NCBI RefSeq assembly: GCF_964204645.1
Contig: NC_134029.1
Span: 372,001 to 436,000 of the forward strand
Direction of reading: 5' to 3'
DNA: 64,000 bases
Origin: Tubulanus polymorphus
Lineage: Eukaryota; Animalia; Nemertea
This document shows, in pieces, positions 34,528 through 48,655 of the stretch; the stretch's first letter is position 1; every line of letters starts with the position of its first letter. The notes beneath the pieces were generated by a model, which saw only the letters and a program-made list of their open reading frames with translations, was not told where the DNA came from and searched no databases. The position numbers and the translations under genes are program-made.

Positions 34528-37500
34528 ACAGGGTTGGTTCTACTAGGACCGGAATCTCTGAGAGTAAAGAACAGGGTTGGTTCTACTAGGACCAGAATCT
34601 CTGAGAGTAAAGAACAGGGTTGGTTCTACTAGGACCAGAATCTCTGAGAGTAAAGAACAGGGTTGGTTCTACTAGGACCAGAATCTCTGAGAGTAAAGAA
34701 CAGGGTTGGTTCTACTAGGACCAGAATCTCTGAGAGTAAAGAACAGGGTTGGTTCTACTAGGACCAGAATCTCTGAGAGTAAAGAACAGGGTTGGTTCTA
34801 CTAGGACCAGAATCTCTGAGAGTAAAGAACAGGGTTGGTTCTACTAGGACCAGAATCTCTGAGAGTAAAGAACAGGGTTGGTTCTACTAGGACCAGAATC
34901 TCTGAGAGTAAAGAACAGGGTTGGTTCTACTAGGACCAGAATCTCTGAGAGTAAAGAACAGGGTTGGTTCTACTAGAACCAGAATCTCTGAGAGTAAAGA
35001 ACAGGGTTGGTTCTACTAGGACCGGAATCTCTAAGAGTAAAGAACAGGGTTGGTTCTACTAGGACCGGAATCTTCGAGAGTAAAGAACAGGGTTGGTTCT
35101 ACTAGGACCGGAATCTCTGAGAGTAAAGAACAGGGTTGGTTCTACTAGGACCGGAATCTCTAAGAGTAAAGAACAGGGTTGGTTCTACTAGGACCGGAAT
35201 CTCTAAGAGTAAAGAACAGGGTTGGTTCTACTAGGACCGGAATCTCTAAGAGTAAAGAACAGGGTTGGTTCTACTAGGACCGGAATCTCTGAGAGTAAAG
35301 AACAGGGTTGGTTCTACTAGGACCGGAATCTCTGAGAGTAAAGAACAGGGTTGGTTCTACTAGGACCAGAATCTCTGAGAGTAAAGAACAGGGTTGGTTC
35401 TACTAGGACCAGAATCTCTGAGAGTAAAGAACAGGGTTGGTTCTACTAGGACCAGAATCTCTGAGAGTAAAGAACAGGGTTGGTTCTACTAGGACCAGAA
35501 TCTCTGAGAGTAAAGAACAGGGTTGGTTCTACTAGGACCAGAATCTCTGAGAGTAAAGAACAGGGTTGGTTCTACTAGGACCAGAATCTCTGAGAGTAAA
35601 GAACAGGGTTGGTTCTACTAGGACCAGAATCTCTGAGAGTAAAGAACAGGGTTGGTTCTACTAGAACCAGAATCTCTGAGAGTAAAGAACAGGGTTGGTT
35701 CTACTAGGACCGGAATCTCTAAGAGTAAAGAACAGGGTTGGTTCTACTAGGACCGGAATCTTCGAGAGTAAAGAACAGGGTTGGTTCTACTAGGACCGGA
35801 ATCTCTGAGAGTAAAGAACAGGGTTGGTTCTACTAGGACCGGAATCTCTAAGAGTAAAGAACAGGGTTGGTTCTACTAGGACCGGAATCTCTAAGAGTAA
35901 AGAACAGGGTTGGTTCTACTAGGACCGGAATCTCTAAGAGTAAAGAACAGGGTTGGTTCTACTAGGACCGGAATCTCTGAGAGTAAAGAACAGGGTTGGT
36001 TCTACTAGGACCGGAATCTCTGAGAGTAAAGAACAGGGTTGGTTCTACTAGGACCAGAATCTCTGAGAGTAAAGAACAGGGTTGGTTCTACTAGGACCAG
36101 AATCTCTGAGAGTAAAGAACAGGGTTGGTTCTACTAGGACCGGAATCTCTAAGAGTAAAGAACAGGGTTGGTTCTACTAGGACCGGAATCTCTGAGAGTA
36201 AAGAACAGGGTTGGTTCTACTAGAACCAGAATCTCTGAGAGTAAAGAACAGGGTTGGTTCTACTAGGACCAGAATCTCTAAGAGTAAAGAACAGGGTTGG
36301 TTCTACTAGGACCAGAATCTCTGAGAGTAAAGAACAGGGTTGGTTCTACTAGGACCGGAATCTCTGAGAGTAAAGAACAGGGTTGGTTCTACTAGAACCG
36401 GAATCTCTGAGAGTAAAGAACAGGGTTGGTTCTACTAGGACCAGAATCTCTGAGAGTAAAGAACAGGGTTGGTTCTACTAGAACCGGAATCTCTGAGAGT
36501 AAAGAACAGGGTTGGTTCTACTAGGACCAGAATCTCTGAGAGTAAAGAACAGGGTTGGTTCTACTAGGACCGGAATCTCTGAGAGTAAAGAACAGGGTTG
36601 GTTCTACTAGGACCAGAATCTCTGAGAGTAAAGAACAGGGTTGGTTCTACTAGGACCAGAATCTCTGAGAGTAAAGAACAGGGTTGGTTCTACTAGGACC
36701 GGAATCTCTGAGAGTAAAGAACAGGGTTGGTTCTACTAGGACCAGAATCTCTGAGAGTAAAGAACAGGGTTGGTTCTACTAGGACCAGAATCTCTGAGAG
36801 TAAAGAACAGGGTTGGTTCTACTAGGACCAGAATCTCTGAGAGTAAAGAACAGGGTTGGTTCTACTAGGACCAGAATCTGCGAGAGTAAAGAACAGGGTT
36901 GGTTCTACTAGGACCGGAATCTCTGAGAGTAAAGAACAGGGTTGGTTCTACTAGGACCAGAATCTCTAAGAGTAAAGAACAGGGTTGGTTCTACTAGGAC
37001 CGGAATCTCTGAGAGTAAAGAGCAGGGTTGGTTCTACTAGGACCAGAATCTCTAAGAGTAAAGAACAGGGTTGGTTCTACTAGGACCAGAATCTCTGAGA
37101 GTAAAGAACAGGGTTGGTTCTACTAGGACCGGAATCTCCGAGAGTAAAGAACAGGGTTGGTTCTACTAGGACCAGAATCTCTGAGAGTAAAGAACAGGGT
37201 TGGTTCTACTAGGACCGGAATCTCCGAGAGTAAAGAACAGGGTTGGTTCTACTAGGACCGGAATCTCTGAGAGTAAAGAACAGGGTTGGTTCTACTAGGA
37301 CCGGAATCTCTAAGAGTAAAGAACAGGGTTGGTTCTACTAGGACCAGAATCTCTGAGAGTAAAGAACAGGGTTGGTTCTACTAGGACCAGAATCTCTGAG
37401 AGTAAAGAACAGGGTTGGTTCTACTAGGACCAGAATCTCTAAGAGTAAAGAACAGGGTTGGTTCTACTAGGACCAGAATCTCTGAGAGTAAAGAACAGGG

Positions 37501-37531
37501 TTGGTTCTACTAGGACCAGAATCTTCGAGAG
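34528..37531. repeat. 43-bp satellite, ~70 copies
   Basis: ACAGGGTTGGTTCTACTAGGACCAGAATCTCTGAGAGTAAAGA. Confidence 0.99.
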
Positions 37532-38144
37532 TCTTTACAAGATTTCAAGGCAAATTGGATCAGAAAACAGCATTTGAATGAGAATAAGCAAACTACAGTC
37601 ATTTCAGCGTCAAATTTCCAGAATTATAGACAGAATTAAAAATTACAAAGTGCCTTTACCGCATGAAGGTATTTAATATTTTGAGTGTCCTATGAAAGTT
37701 AAGACCCCCATGATCGACCCCTACAGATTTACAGTAAGAGACTGCGTTAAATATGAAATAAAGCTTTCAGTAAAATTAAACTGAGTAAACATTTAAAATG
37801 AGACTGAATCAATACATCGACAATTCCATTAGTGACACTGATTTTAACACTCTGAGTCCGGGTGGCGATGATAATATAAAATCCCACACTGACGATGAAA
37901 CTAGTCGGAAATGTTTCCTCGAGCTAGAATATATTTGATGTTTTGACTCAATTCCCAAAAGTCTACAGTAATATTGAACAACTGAAATCATTAGTATTCT
38001 TCAATAGGATACGACGATGTAAGGATATAATCAAAATTAGCCCAAAGGAAACTTTTCAGACTCTTTTGAGTTTTCATTATCAGTGTTAGATTTTATAACA
38101 CGTACTCAAGAGTCACAACTCAAACACCTGTGAAACAAATATAC

Positions 38145-38315
38145 CCAATCTTCCTCTTCATTTTTATCCTCATTTAAATCGGTAAAAACCTCATCATCGC
38201 CGTCCTCATCTACAGTAGGATCATCTTCAATTTCGTCGAATAAATCCGAACTGAATTCCGAACTTAATTCTGAACTTCGCAGCGAAAACTGAAAATGTCT
38301 CTTAAACGAATTCAT
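38145..38315 (-). CDS. MCTP: Candidate MCTP alternative first exon (acidic, MNSFKRH...EEEDW)
   Basis: ATG, 57 open codons, TGG|gtatat phase-0 donor compatible with exon at 34338. Confidence 0.6.
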
Positions 38316-39542
38316 AATAATTAAACAGCTCCCTCTCGGTTATACTTAGCATCATCCGAGTCAGCCTCTCGCGTGCTGCAGCCGGGGTACCGTCGGGTAC
38401 CGTAGTTACGTCTAAACAGAAATCTGATATTTCAAGAAATTATTTCGTCATATCACTGAATAGCGAAACTGATTTGAAACAGAGTTTGGACGGAACACAT
38501 GTGGTAAATCTGTGTCAGTCAGTAACGTGTCACATTCTCTAATCAATGAGATAGTTTAAACCGTGTACCGTGTATATACGTGAAAATAGCCTGCAGTTCT
38601 ATTTATCAGAGCTGGGAAATATCACCTGTATATCAAATATCAGTTCCTCCTTCTCAATTAAAATATCACAATCAAAATACCGCGCAATAATTACAACAAT
38701 CAACTGTCACAAATTTCACAAAACGCTATTTTCCACACAATGATCCACCATACTATTCCAAAGCTCCACAATGTAATAATTTATGCGCTGGCTGTAGCCG
38801 GATGAAATTCTATCCTGCAGTCGTTTGTACAGTTTGATGAAAGCTCTGGTCAAGTCCTCTGACTCTCTCCCCGCTCTCTGCCTCACACATCGCACATAAA
38901 TCTATTTTCATCGCTCGATGCTGTCACTGATAATACACCGGTCAAATGTGTTCATTTCCTCACCACAGTTCTAATGATTTCTCTATCGCCAGTTTCACAG
39001 AGTTTTATTCCAATCACAGCACCACGGATAAACTAGGATTACGAACATGTCTTATCCTGTGGCACCGACTTCCTCTACTCCTATTGTTTACCAGTAACAA
39101 CCTCTCAACTCACAACAGTATTTAATATTAAATTACTGTACATAATGAAGCATTCATTCTAACAGCAGCACCGCCCTAGAGAGGTCTATCACTCCCCTAG
39201 AGAGGACTATAACTCCCTTAGAGAGGACTGGACATTCCACTTTGATTCCAACATTGTCTAACACTTCACTATACGATGAATCAATAGATAAAAAGTAGTA
39301 TTTTTTCCTGTAAATGCCTCCTCGCACCACGCGCGCCTGTACACACTACTGGTGACACTAAACAGTGCTGTATAGATTTCATAGTAAAACGTATAAAAGA
39401 AACAGTTTGAGTCAATGTCACCAGCTGTGATCAGAGGACATCAGTCCCTCTACACATCACCTCTCTCCCTCTCCCTCTCTCTCTCTCAACTCTCCCTCTC
39501 TCCCTCCCTCTGCCTCTCCCTCTCCCTCTACAATATACACAC

Positions 39543-39573
<31 letters not shown>

Positions 39574-40418
39574 CATACCAGGGAGGTGGATCCCAACATC
39601 ATCATCAGTTGAAAACAGAGGACATCACTTCAATAGATCACCTATAACATCACCTCTTTCACTCATTCAAGCATCATCTCTCACTAGCATCTAGCATTTA
39701 TATTTTCAACATCACCAGCTGTGAACTGAGCTCATCACTTCAATAGATGATCAAATGAAATTGTTTCAATCAATCGCTGTCACAACAAGTTGAAGCTAAT
39801 TACGAAACAGACCTCAGGGCTCAGAGGAGGTCAGGGAGGGGGAGGCGTGCATCAGGTAAATCTGCCACATCATTTACCGCAGAAATTATCAACTAATTAA
39901 AACAACACTACTTCTCTCAGAGGAGGTCAGGCCACCTCCCTCAGAGGAGCGCTAATAACCTCCCCAGACTATTGAGTAAGGAATCATCCATCTCTTCAAG
40001 CTTGTTACACTCTATCTATCTCTTCTCTCTCTTTCATCTGTCATCAGGTTCTTTTCATTTTCTATCAATAAATTCCTGTTAAACTGGTTGTATCAATAGA
40101 TCCTATTGATCTATATCGATTTCATTGATTTGAGGATGAGTTTGATTGGTTCAGTTGATTCTATCTGCCTCCGGAACTGATCGCGATAAAAACCAATCAG
40201 AATTACAAATTAAATTCTTCAACTCTCACCGGGATTCCTAAACCTCTTTAATACAGCGGTTCGAGGCTCACATCCAAAAAACACATCTCCCAACATTCAA
40301 TCTGAACGTTGATTAAATTCCACAACTTGTATAGTCTGGAGTACAACAATAGACTCTGCTCAATATTGAATCCAATTCAGAGATAACTGTTCAACTCAGC
40401 TATTTGTTGAAATATTAT

Positions 40419-40775
40419 GACTTGAGCGGAGTCTACTGTACCATCCAACTCAGATATCACTCTCAAGTCAAAAGATCCGACTTGAGCGGAGTCTACTGTA
40501 CCATCCAACTCAGATATCACTCTCAAGTCAAAAGATCAGACTTGAGCGGAGTCTACTGTATCATCCAACTCAGATATCACTCTCAAGTCAAAAGATCAGA
40601 CTTGAGCGGAGTCTACTGTACCATCCAACTCAGATATCACTCTCAAGTCAAAAGATCAGACTTGAGCGGAGTCTACTGTACCATCCAACTCAGATATCAC
40701 TCTCAAGTCAAAAGATCAGACTTGAGCGGAGTCTACTGTACCATCCAACTCAGATATCACTCTCAAGTCAAAAGA
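40419..40775. repeat. 60-bp tandem repeat, 6 copies
   Basis: Near-identical 60-nt lines; GACTTGAG/CTCAAGTC inverted repeat in unit. Confidence 0.98.
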
Positions 40776-43700
40776 CCTGAAGTGGGACAAATTCTGGGCA
40801 GAATGTAGATTTTGAACTTGAGTTTCAGGTTTCTATAGAGATTGATGAACTGTGGTTGAGTGTCTCACACAGAGTGTCTCACACAGAGTGTCTCACACAG
40901 AGTGTCGCCGAGTGTCACAGAGTGTTACGGATTGTGATGTGAATTCTATAATCATTAACACATGTTCATATAAAACAATGCACACAGTAAGAGATTCCTC
41001 TTAGGGCAGAACGGTCGCGTAAATAACCATAGTACGATATCTATCTGATAATAGTACGATCTCAATTACTTCATTTTATCTAGAAATTTGTCAGAATAGT
41101 GGATCAGTCTATTTCATATTATCAATTATGCATGATTCAATCTGATTCACAGGGAGACTAAATAGCGAAATAATTCATATCAGTTTTAATAGATCAGAGC
41201 ATCCCGCACTCCATAAATCTAAATATTTAGCAGATTTAATATTGGTAGAAAACCCCCGGAGAGTAATTTACAGAGAGACGGTAAGGCTATAGATTATACC
41301 ACGCTGAAATCATATTGTTGTATTTGTCTAATATTTGGTAGAAATACTATAAATTATAGGGTTCCGGATGATAACTATTAAAGCCTAGCTTTTACCAAGT
41401 TTTCCATTCATTAGTCCGGTCCTATCTGTTCAACGAAACACACTGATTTACAGTAGACATCGGTCGGTCTGATCCAGTTCTATCCAGACTAAACCGGGCA
41501 TTGAACTCGACGGTCAGGAAAAAACTGGGCAAGAATCCTTCACCCGTAATACATACATCAATGTATACTGATAAGCCATTTCTCTCTCAAGAGAGCTGGA
41601 GAGAGGGAGGAGAGAAAGAGAGAGGGAGGGAGAGAGTGGGAGGGAGGGAGGGAGAGAGGGAGAGAGAGAGGGAGAGAGGGAGGGAGGGAGAGAGAGAGAG
41701 GGGGGGGTCACTGTGTAAGCTGCAGTAATTTGTCAATATTCAATATAAAACTGATGTTTTCCGATGTTGGTTTTTATTTGATGTCAAAACCAATTTGTCG
41801 TCATTTTCTCCGGAGATTTTAATAAATCTCGACACACAGACACATACAGTAAAACCCTCACTAGCCACAGTCGGATTTCTCGTGGGTATTGCGATAAGAG
41901 CAAATGGATTTATGATTAACCCTTTCCCTCGCGTCGTATGTCAATAATCTCTAGCGATATATTTGATTGATTTCTATTGATTTTTCAGTGATTAGTGATA
42001 CATATAAGACTCCCTTCACTGCTGACCGATGATTTGTTATATCTGACGAATAGAATTGCTATTTTTCTGGTTCATTAGTTTCATTCGTAAATTTCTTCTC
42101 GTTTCAAATAGTAGCAGCGCTACAGAACTTCAACATTGTTTGCGTTGTTATATAAACGCTTACTATATTATAAGAATGAATTAAGTATGATAAAGTATGA
42201 CATGGTATAAGTTGTTAGTATATTATAGGTAGTGAATTGCTGACTGTATCGGTGAAAGGAGACAGCGGATGCACTAACCGGTATCAATTGAGAATGTCTT
42301 CAGATCAGAGAGAAACCTTGAATATTATCGATTCACAGATCACATTATTCTATACACTGAGATATATATGTATGAAACTACATAGACTGTGACTCGGTAT
42401 CAGTAACAGTCAGAGAGAAAAAACACATCCCTCACCATCTTTACCTATTGAATTACAAACATTTACGAAATGACAAATAACTGATATAGACAAGGAGTTG
42501 ACACCAGTTTATAAGAGACCACATGTAGACAAGTGATGTAAAATATGGAAACCCAGACTCACTCACAAACCAACACAATTCATGCTTGAAATGTACAGAT
42601 TAGTTAGAAATGGAGAGTTGAGACCCTCTCACTTCCCCTCACCTCACCTCACTACATGGATACCCCCTCACCTCACCTCACTACCCGGATACCCTCTCGA
42701 CTCCCCTCACTACCCGGATACCCTCTCACCTCCCCTCACTCTAGATACAGACTTCAGCTCAGTTTTATTAGGTGATGATATATATTTGTAGAGACAGGTC
42801 TCGCTGATGGCAATACCATTAATACACATTAAACCATACTGGATGAGACACAGGTCAAATGATAAAACCCTCCCCATCTGAGAGGGGGGGGGGGAGAGAG
42901 GGGACTGAGATAGTTTATGGGTATTGATATCAAACAGATGGATGAAATAATGGGATAGAACGCAGTATAGTTTACTGAGGTAATAGCCCATAACAGACAA
43001 TCTACTGACTGACCACTGATACTGACCAATGACTGACCACTTACTTATCAAACTGACCACTTATGGGTGCTACTGACCAATGAGGTAATGACCGCTGATA
43101 GGTGGTGCTGACCGTTGACCAGTTGTACTGACCGCTGACAGGTGGTGCTGACCACTGACCAGTTGTTCTGGGCCTACTGACCACTGACTGAACCTACTGA
43201 CCACTGATGAATGGTATTGACCACTGACTGGACCTAATGACCAGTGATTACAGGGTAGAACTCGCTTTCTGGTTCAGACATTTCTTTCTTTTTTCACGTT
43301 ATATCATTCACTGTGAGACTACAATCTCTCTCTCTCTCTGTCTCCCTCTCTCCCTCTCTCCCTCTCTCCCTCTCTCCCTCTCTCCCTCTCTCCCTCTCTC
43401 CCTCTCTCCCTCTCTCCCTCTCTCTCTCTCTCTCTGTCTCTCTCTCTGTCTCTGGTGGTGAGGTTTGTTTCAATATGAACACTGTGTAAACACTTCAATA
43501 AAATCATTTTCTATCGATTTGTGTAAAACTAATTCCAACAAATGACGATCAAGTGAGCAGGGTTTCTATGATTACAGCAGTTATACCATTAAACCAAACC
43601 ATTCTTAGCTTGAGATCTAAACTGATTGTCTGGTTATCCAGTTACCGGGGGTCATCTATCGGAGTATAAACCATCAATTCTTTAATCTATCTTTCAATCT

Positions 43701-44697
43701 AACATTTTGTATCGGTCCCTCGATATCGCTAATTCATTCACGTAGAAATAATTAAAATTGATTCCAGTTTTATGAGTGTCATTAATTAACTATGAGCTCA
43801 CACAGTCTTGTGGATTTTATGAGCTAAAAACACATTTAGGGTAGAAACCGATATTCATGTTTCCCGAAGGGGTCTCAATATTATGATTAGTCAATAATGA
43901 AAGCATTGACTTCATTGATGTGAGGTTTGTTTAGTTCGTCCCAGGAAACAAAAGTTAATACAAGTTGTTAAGAAGTTGAAGTCCGAGAGGGGGATGGATG
44001 TGTATATTCACTTTAGAGTCCATGATCAGATACAGGGTATCAATCAAAAAATACTTTTCCCACACAATGGCATCATGTGTGGACTGACACAAGGACTGGA
44101 GGTTTTATATAGGAAGCAAAGGGCAGAGACTCCGGATAATCAGCATTATGAGGGTTTTAGACTTTAATGATTGCAGGGACATATTCCAGAATATGGTTTC
44201 CATACCAGCCATTGGACTGGTTCCCTTACCAGCCATTGGACTCACTCCATTACCAGATATGGGATTTACTTTCTTGTTAGAAATAAATCCCATATCTGAA
44301 ACCAATATTCAGTAAATAGTGTGAACTAATAAACCAACACTTCCCCAGGAGAGTGAGAGGAGAGTGAGAGCAGAGTGAGAGGAGAGTGAGAGCATGTTTA
44401 TCAATCTGTGACCCCTCCCTAAAGCCTGAAGGGAAATACTGAACAATGTTTATCAATCTCTGATTTCAACCACTATTCATTCATTACTGATTGATGTATT
44501 GAATTTCCCCCCCAGAATTTGCAGAAATGTTGTTATTGTTTTCACAGTTACACAGTCCTGTAGATACAGTACAGTAGTTATATACAATCAAACTAATTAT
44601 TGTGTTTATTGCACTGTTGAATGATGTGTACACAAATTAGCTAAAAATATGTCATCATTTATACAAGAAAACAGTATAGATATTGAAGTCATTTCGT

Positions 44698-44890
44698 GCC
44701 TGTTGACCAATCAGCATTGATATCTGAGCCTGTTGACCAATCAGCATTGATATCTGAGCCTGTTGACCAATCAGCATGGATATCTGACCCTGTTGACCAA
44801 TCAGCATTGATATCTGAGCCTGTTGACCAATCAGCATTGATATCTGAGCCTGTTGACCAATCAGCATTGACTGAGCCTGTCGACCAATCA
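44698..44890. repeat. 30-bp tandem repeat, ~6.5 copies, each with CCAAT
   Basis: CCTGTTGACCAATCAGCATTGATATCTGAG. Confidence 0.95.
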
Positions 44891-45499
44891 CTACCCTCAT
44901 TATTCAGTATATAAATGCAGTAGTGTCTGACTAAGTCTTCAGTATCTTTGAATTATTTTTAGGAATTAAAAATATCTTCCTCAGAACAGAACAGAACTGA
45001 TTGTTGTAACATGAAAGAATTTCTAAACAACGAACGATAAATGGTTTAACTGTAAAACCACCGGTGGGAGGAACAACAGCTTCCTGAGATTCCTGACAGA
45101 AACAAAGTTTACTGAAAGATTTACAGCTGTTTTTACATTTTCAACAAAGTTCTCACGAGTTCAAAATATATCAACATTCGATGCGCGCAGGATTGATTGA
45201 ATACGTGACGTGAGCTGATTAAAACAACACTGATGAGAAAACTAGTGAATTATTTACGGCAGAAAGAAAATTAACAAAAAATGTGTCGTAATACGACAAC
45301 CGGTGACCTGCATGTATTCAGCGGTGCGTACAAAACAACGGAATAGTCTATTCAGAATTCATCGAATTCTATATCAATTGAAATCATATTTATTATTGCA
45401 CAGTCCCTTGTTAAAATAAACAGAATTCTGTAATATTTGACTCGGAGCTTTCCGGTTAAACAGTGTTATATGAGCTAAAACTATAAGGACGTTTTTTAC

Positions 45500-45559
45500 C
45501 TGTAGTTCTCGAGCTAAACTATGAAGATCCTCATTATCTGTATCCTCTGAGAATGACAT
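45500..45559 (-). CDS. MCTP: Candidate MCTP alternative first exon MSFSEDTDNEDLHSLARELQ
   Basis: ATG, CAG|gtaaaa phase-0 donor. Confidence 0.5.
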
Positions 45560-47167
45560 ATTTCTCCTCCATTCTAATCCATCACGAAACAACGCTTTAT
45601 AATTAAACACATTTCTCTAAATCTCAAATCTACGTTACACAGATAATCAATATCAGTTGAATCTGATAAAACGTTAGTATTTCAGCCCTCAGACGTCGAC
45701 GACAACACCTCGTCACGTCCCGAGTGTTTATCTTTTATAATATAGAAATCCGATTCAGATCAGATGTGATCTACATTCATCATCAGTTTCTCTACATTTT
45801 ATCCTGCACTTAATCATACCTCAACAGATTCATTATCAAATTAACTTCTCTAAACACAATCAGTAATCAGTGATTAACAGCAGCAGCAGCAGCAGTAGCA
45901 GCAGCAGTAGCAGCTAATTGTCTACGTGAAATTAAACCCTGAAATATTCACATCATCCTGTTTTCAAATTGATCTTCGCGCACACTCCACTCTCTGAATT
46001 GTCGTATGGTTGTAATTGCCACCTCTAACAACACAGAACAACATCAAATAGTTCTGTTCCATTTCACATTAATTACTGCATTTGGTTCCTGATTGTTAGA
46101 TGTATTTCCTGTAATTCTGTTCCTAGCAGCCGCAGCAGCAGCAGCAGCACCATCAGCGGTAACTGTGGTAGCTGTAAGACTGACTGAACTCTGCTACAGT
46201 GAGAGCGATGTTGCTGCTGCTGCTGCTGCTGCTGCTGTCGCTGTCGTATTGACACCTATAATGTATTGATACTAAACACTTGTGTGTGAAACTAGAAATA
46301 AATTCCACCAATTAATGAATTACTAGTTATTAGTATTAACGATCCTCACTCGCCACAGTAGACTAATGTTTGATCAATGATTGATTGATTGATTGATTGA
46401 TGTATGAGTTATCATTAATCACTACTTGACATCAATCTCTTCAATCTCTCTTTCCCTCTCACTCTCTCTTTCCCTCTCTCTTTCCCTCTCCCTCTTCCTC
46501 TTCCACTCTCCTTCCCTGTCTCCCTCTCCCTCTCCCTTTCTCTCTCCCTCTCCCTCTCCCTCTCTCTCTCCTCTATCTACTCTCTCTCATCAATCGCTAA
46601 CCCCTCTTTCACTCCCTTATACAAATTTCGTGATTGCCAATATTAGATTAAGAGATGATGTCATTGAACTGAAGAGGACCAAATTCTATCCATCAATAAT
46701 TATAAATCTTAATGAACACTACACAACACTCACTCATTCACTTATTCCACTAAATAGCACTTACGGCGTACAGACAGACAGATAGTCGAGAGCTGTGCAG
46801 TTTTTAATGATTAACTCATCAAATTCTTTCGACGAATTCATAAATAACCAATAACTTCAGCAGCAGATGAAGAATGAATAAGCTCAGACAAGAGAGATCG
46901 GACCTAGGGTTAGTTGTAGGGTAGTGTTGAAATACGTATATCCCATATACTGTAAAAGACATGAAGTAGATATCAATATCACTCTCACTCAGTGAAATAT
47001 CATCACTGTTTGAGATATAACTCACAGCGAGAGAGATTACTCTCAATATCTCCACTATATCACAGTGAGTAATTGATATCGTATTCACATCACAATTCTA
47101 TCACGTTAGAAACGTGTTCAGAATCAGCATCTTATAAACATTATACACTATATACCTTCTTCAATAA

Positions 47168-47442
47168 TCCATAATTTATCACCTCACCCAACCCCCACCC
47201 ACCCCCACTAATAATCCATACTGTATCACCCCACCCACCCCCACTAATAATCCATACTGTATCACTCTACCCATCCCCCACCCACCCCCACTAATAATCC
47301 ATACTGTATCACCCTACCCATCCCCCACCCACCCCCACTAATAATCCATACTGTATCACCCTACCCATCCCCCCCACCCCCACTAATAATCCATACTGTA
47401 TCACCTCACCCAACCCCCACCCACCCCCACTAATAATCCATA
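47168..47442. repeat. C-rich ~35-42-bp minisatellite
   Basis: CCCCACTAATAATCCATACTGTATCACC units. Confidence 0.9.
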
Positions 47443-47837
47443 CAGTATTAACCCCTGTCAGACTGACACACAGCTCATTATCAAATCTCTTATTGTTTCT
47501 TGGCGTCAGAAATGTACAGGGAGAGGGAGAGAGGGGGAGAGTGACGGGACCCACTGACCGACTGGCTGATATCTGATTTGTCTTCAATCAGAGTTTATAA
47601 GACAAAACCTCTCAGTAGAATCAACAGACATCTCACACAAGACAAACACATTAGTGAATTGAGTATGAATTCATTCTCCCCTCATTAGACACGACCCGTG
47701 AGGGCAACCACCACATCATGGTTTATTCAGATTTCTGCCCAAAGCAGTTGATCAGAATTCAGGAGTCACAGAGCTACTGAGTGTGATTCCAGTAGAAATA
47801 ATAACCGCAAGACAATAAGTCATAGACATACTACGAT

Positions 47838-48655
47838 GAATCCTAGTTAGAATCATCAGCTATACCACGAGGAATCCTAGTTAGAATCATCAGCTATACC
47901 ACGAGGAATCCTAGTTAGAATCATCAGCTATACCACGAGGAATCCTAGTTAGAATCATCAGCTATACCAAGAGGAATCCTAGTTAGAATCATCAGCTATA
48001 CCACGAGGAATCCTAGTTAGAATCATCAGCTATACCACGAGGAATCCTAGCTAGAATCATCAGCTATACCACGAGGAATCCTAGTTAGAATCATCAGCTA
48101 TACCACGAGGAATCCTAGTTAGAATCATCAGCTATACCACGAGGAATCCTAGTTAGAATCATCAGCTATACCACGAGGAATCCTAGTTAGACTCATCAGC
48201 TATACTACGATGAATCCTAGTTAGAATCATCAGCTATACCACGAGGAATCCTAGTTAGAATCATCAGCTATACCACGAGGAATCCTAGTTAGAATCATCA
48301 GCTATACCACTAGGAATGCTAGTTAGAATCATCAGCTATACCACGAGGAATCCTAGCTAGAATCATCAGCTATACCACAAGGAATCCTAGTTAGAATCAT
48401 CAGCTATACCACGAGGAATCCTAGTTAGAATCATCAGCTATACCACGAGGAATCCTAGTTAGAATCATCAGCTATACCACGAGGAATCCTAGTTAGAATC
48501 ATCAGCTATACCACGAGGAATCCTAGTTAGAATCATCAGCTATACCAGGAGGAATCCTAGTTAGAATCATCAGCTATACCATGAGGAATCCTAGTTAGAA
48601 TCATCAGCTATACCACAAAGAATCCTAGCTAGAATCATCAGAGATACCCACGAGG
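47838..48655. repeat. 34-bp tandem repeat, ~24 copies
   Basis: AATCCTAGTTAGAATCATCAGCTATACCACGAGG. Confidence 0.98.

Noticed and set aside
47838-48655. CTGATGA on minus strand of 34-bp repeat as hammerhead core
   Set aside because: No GAAA or cleavage-site arm
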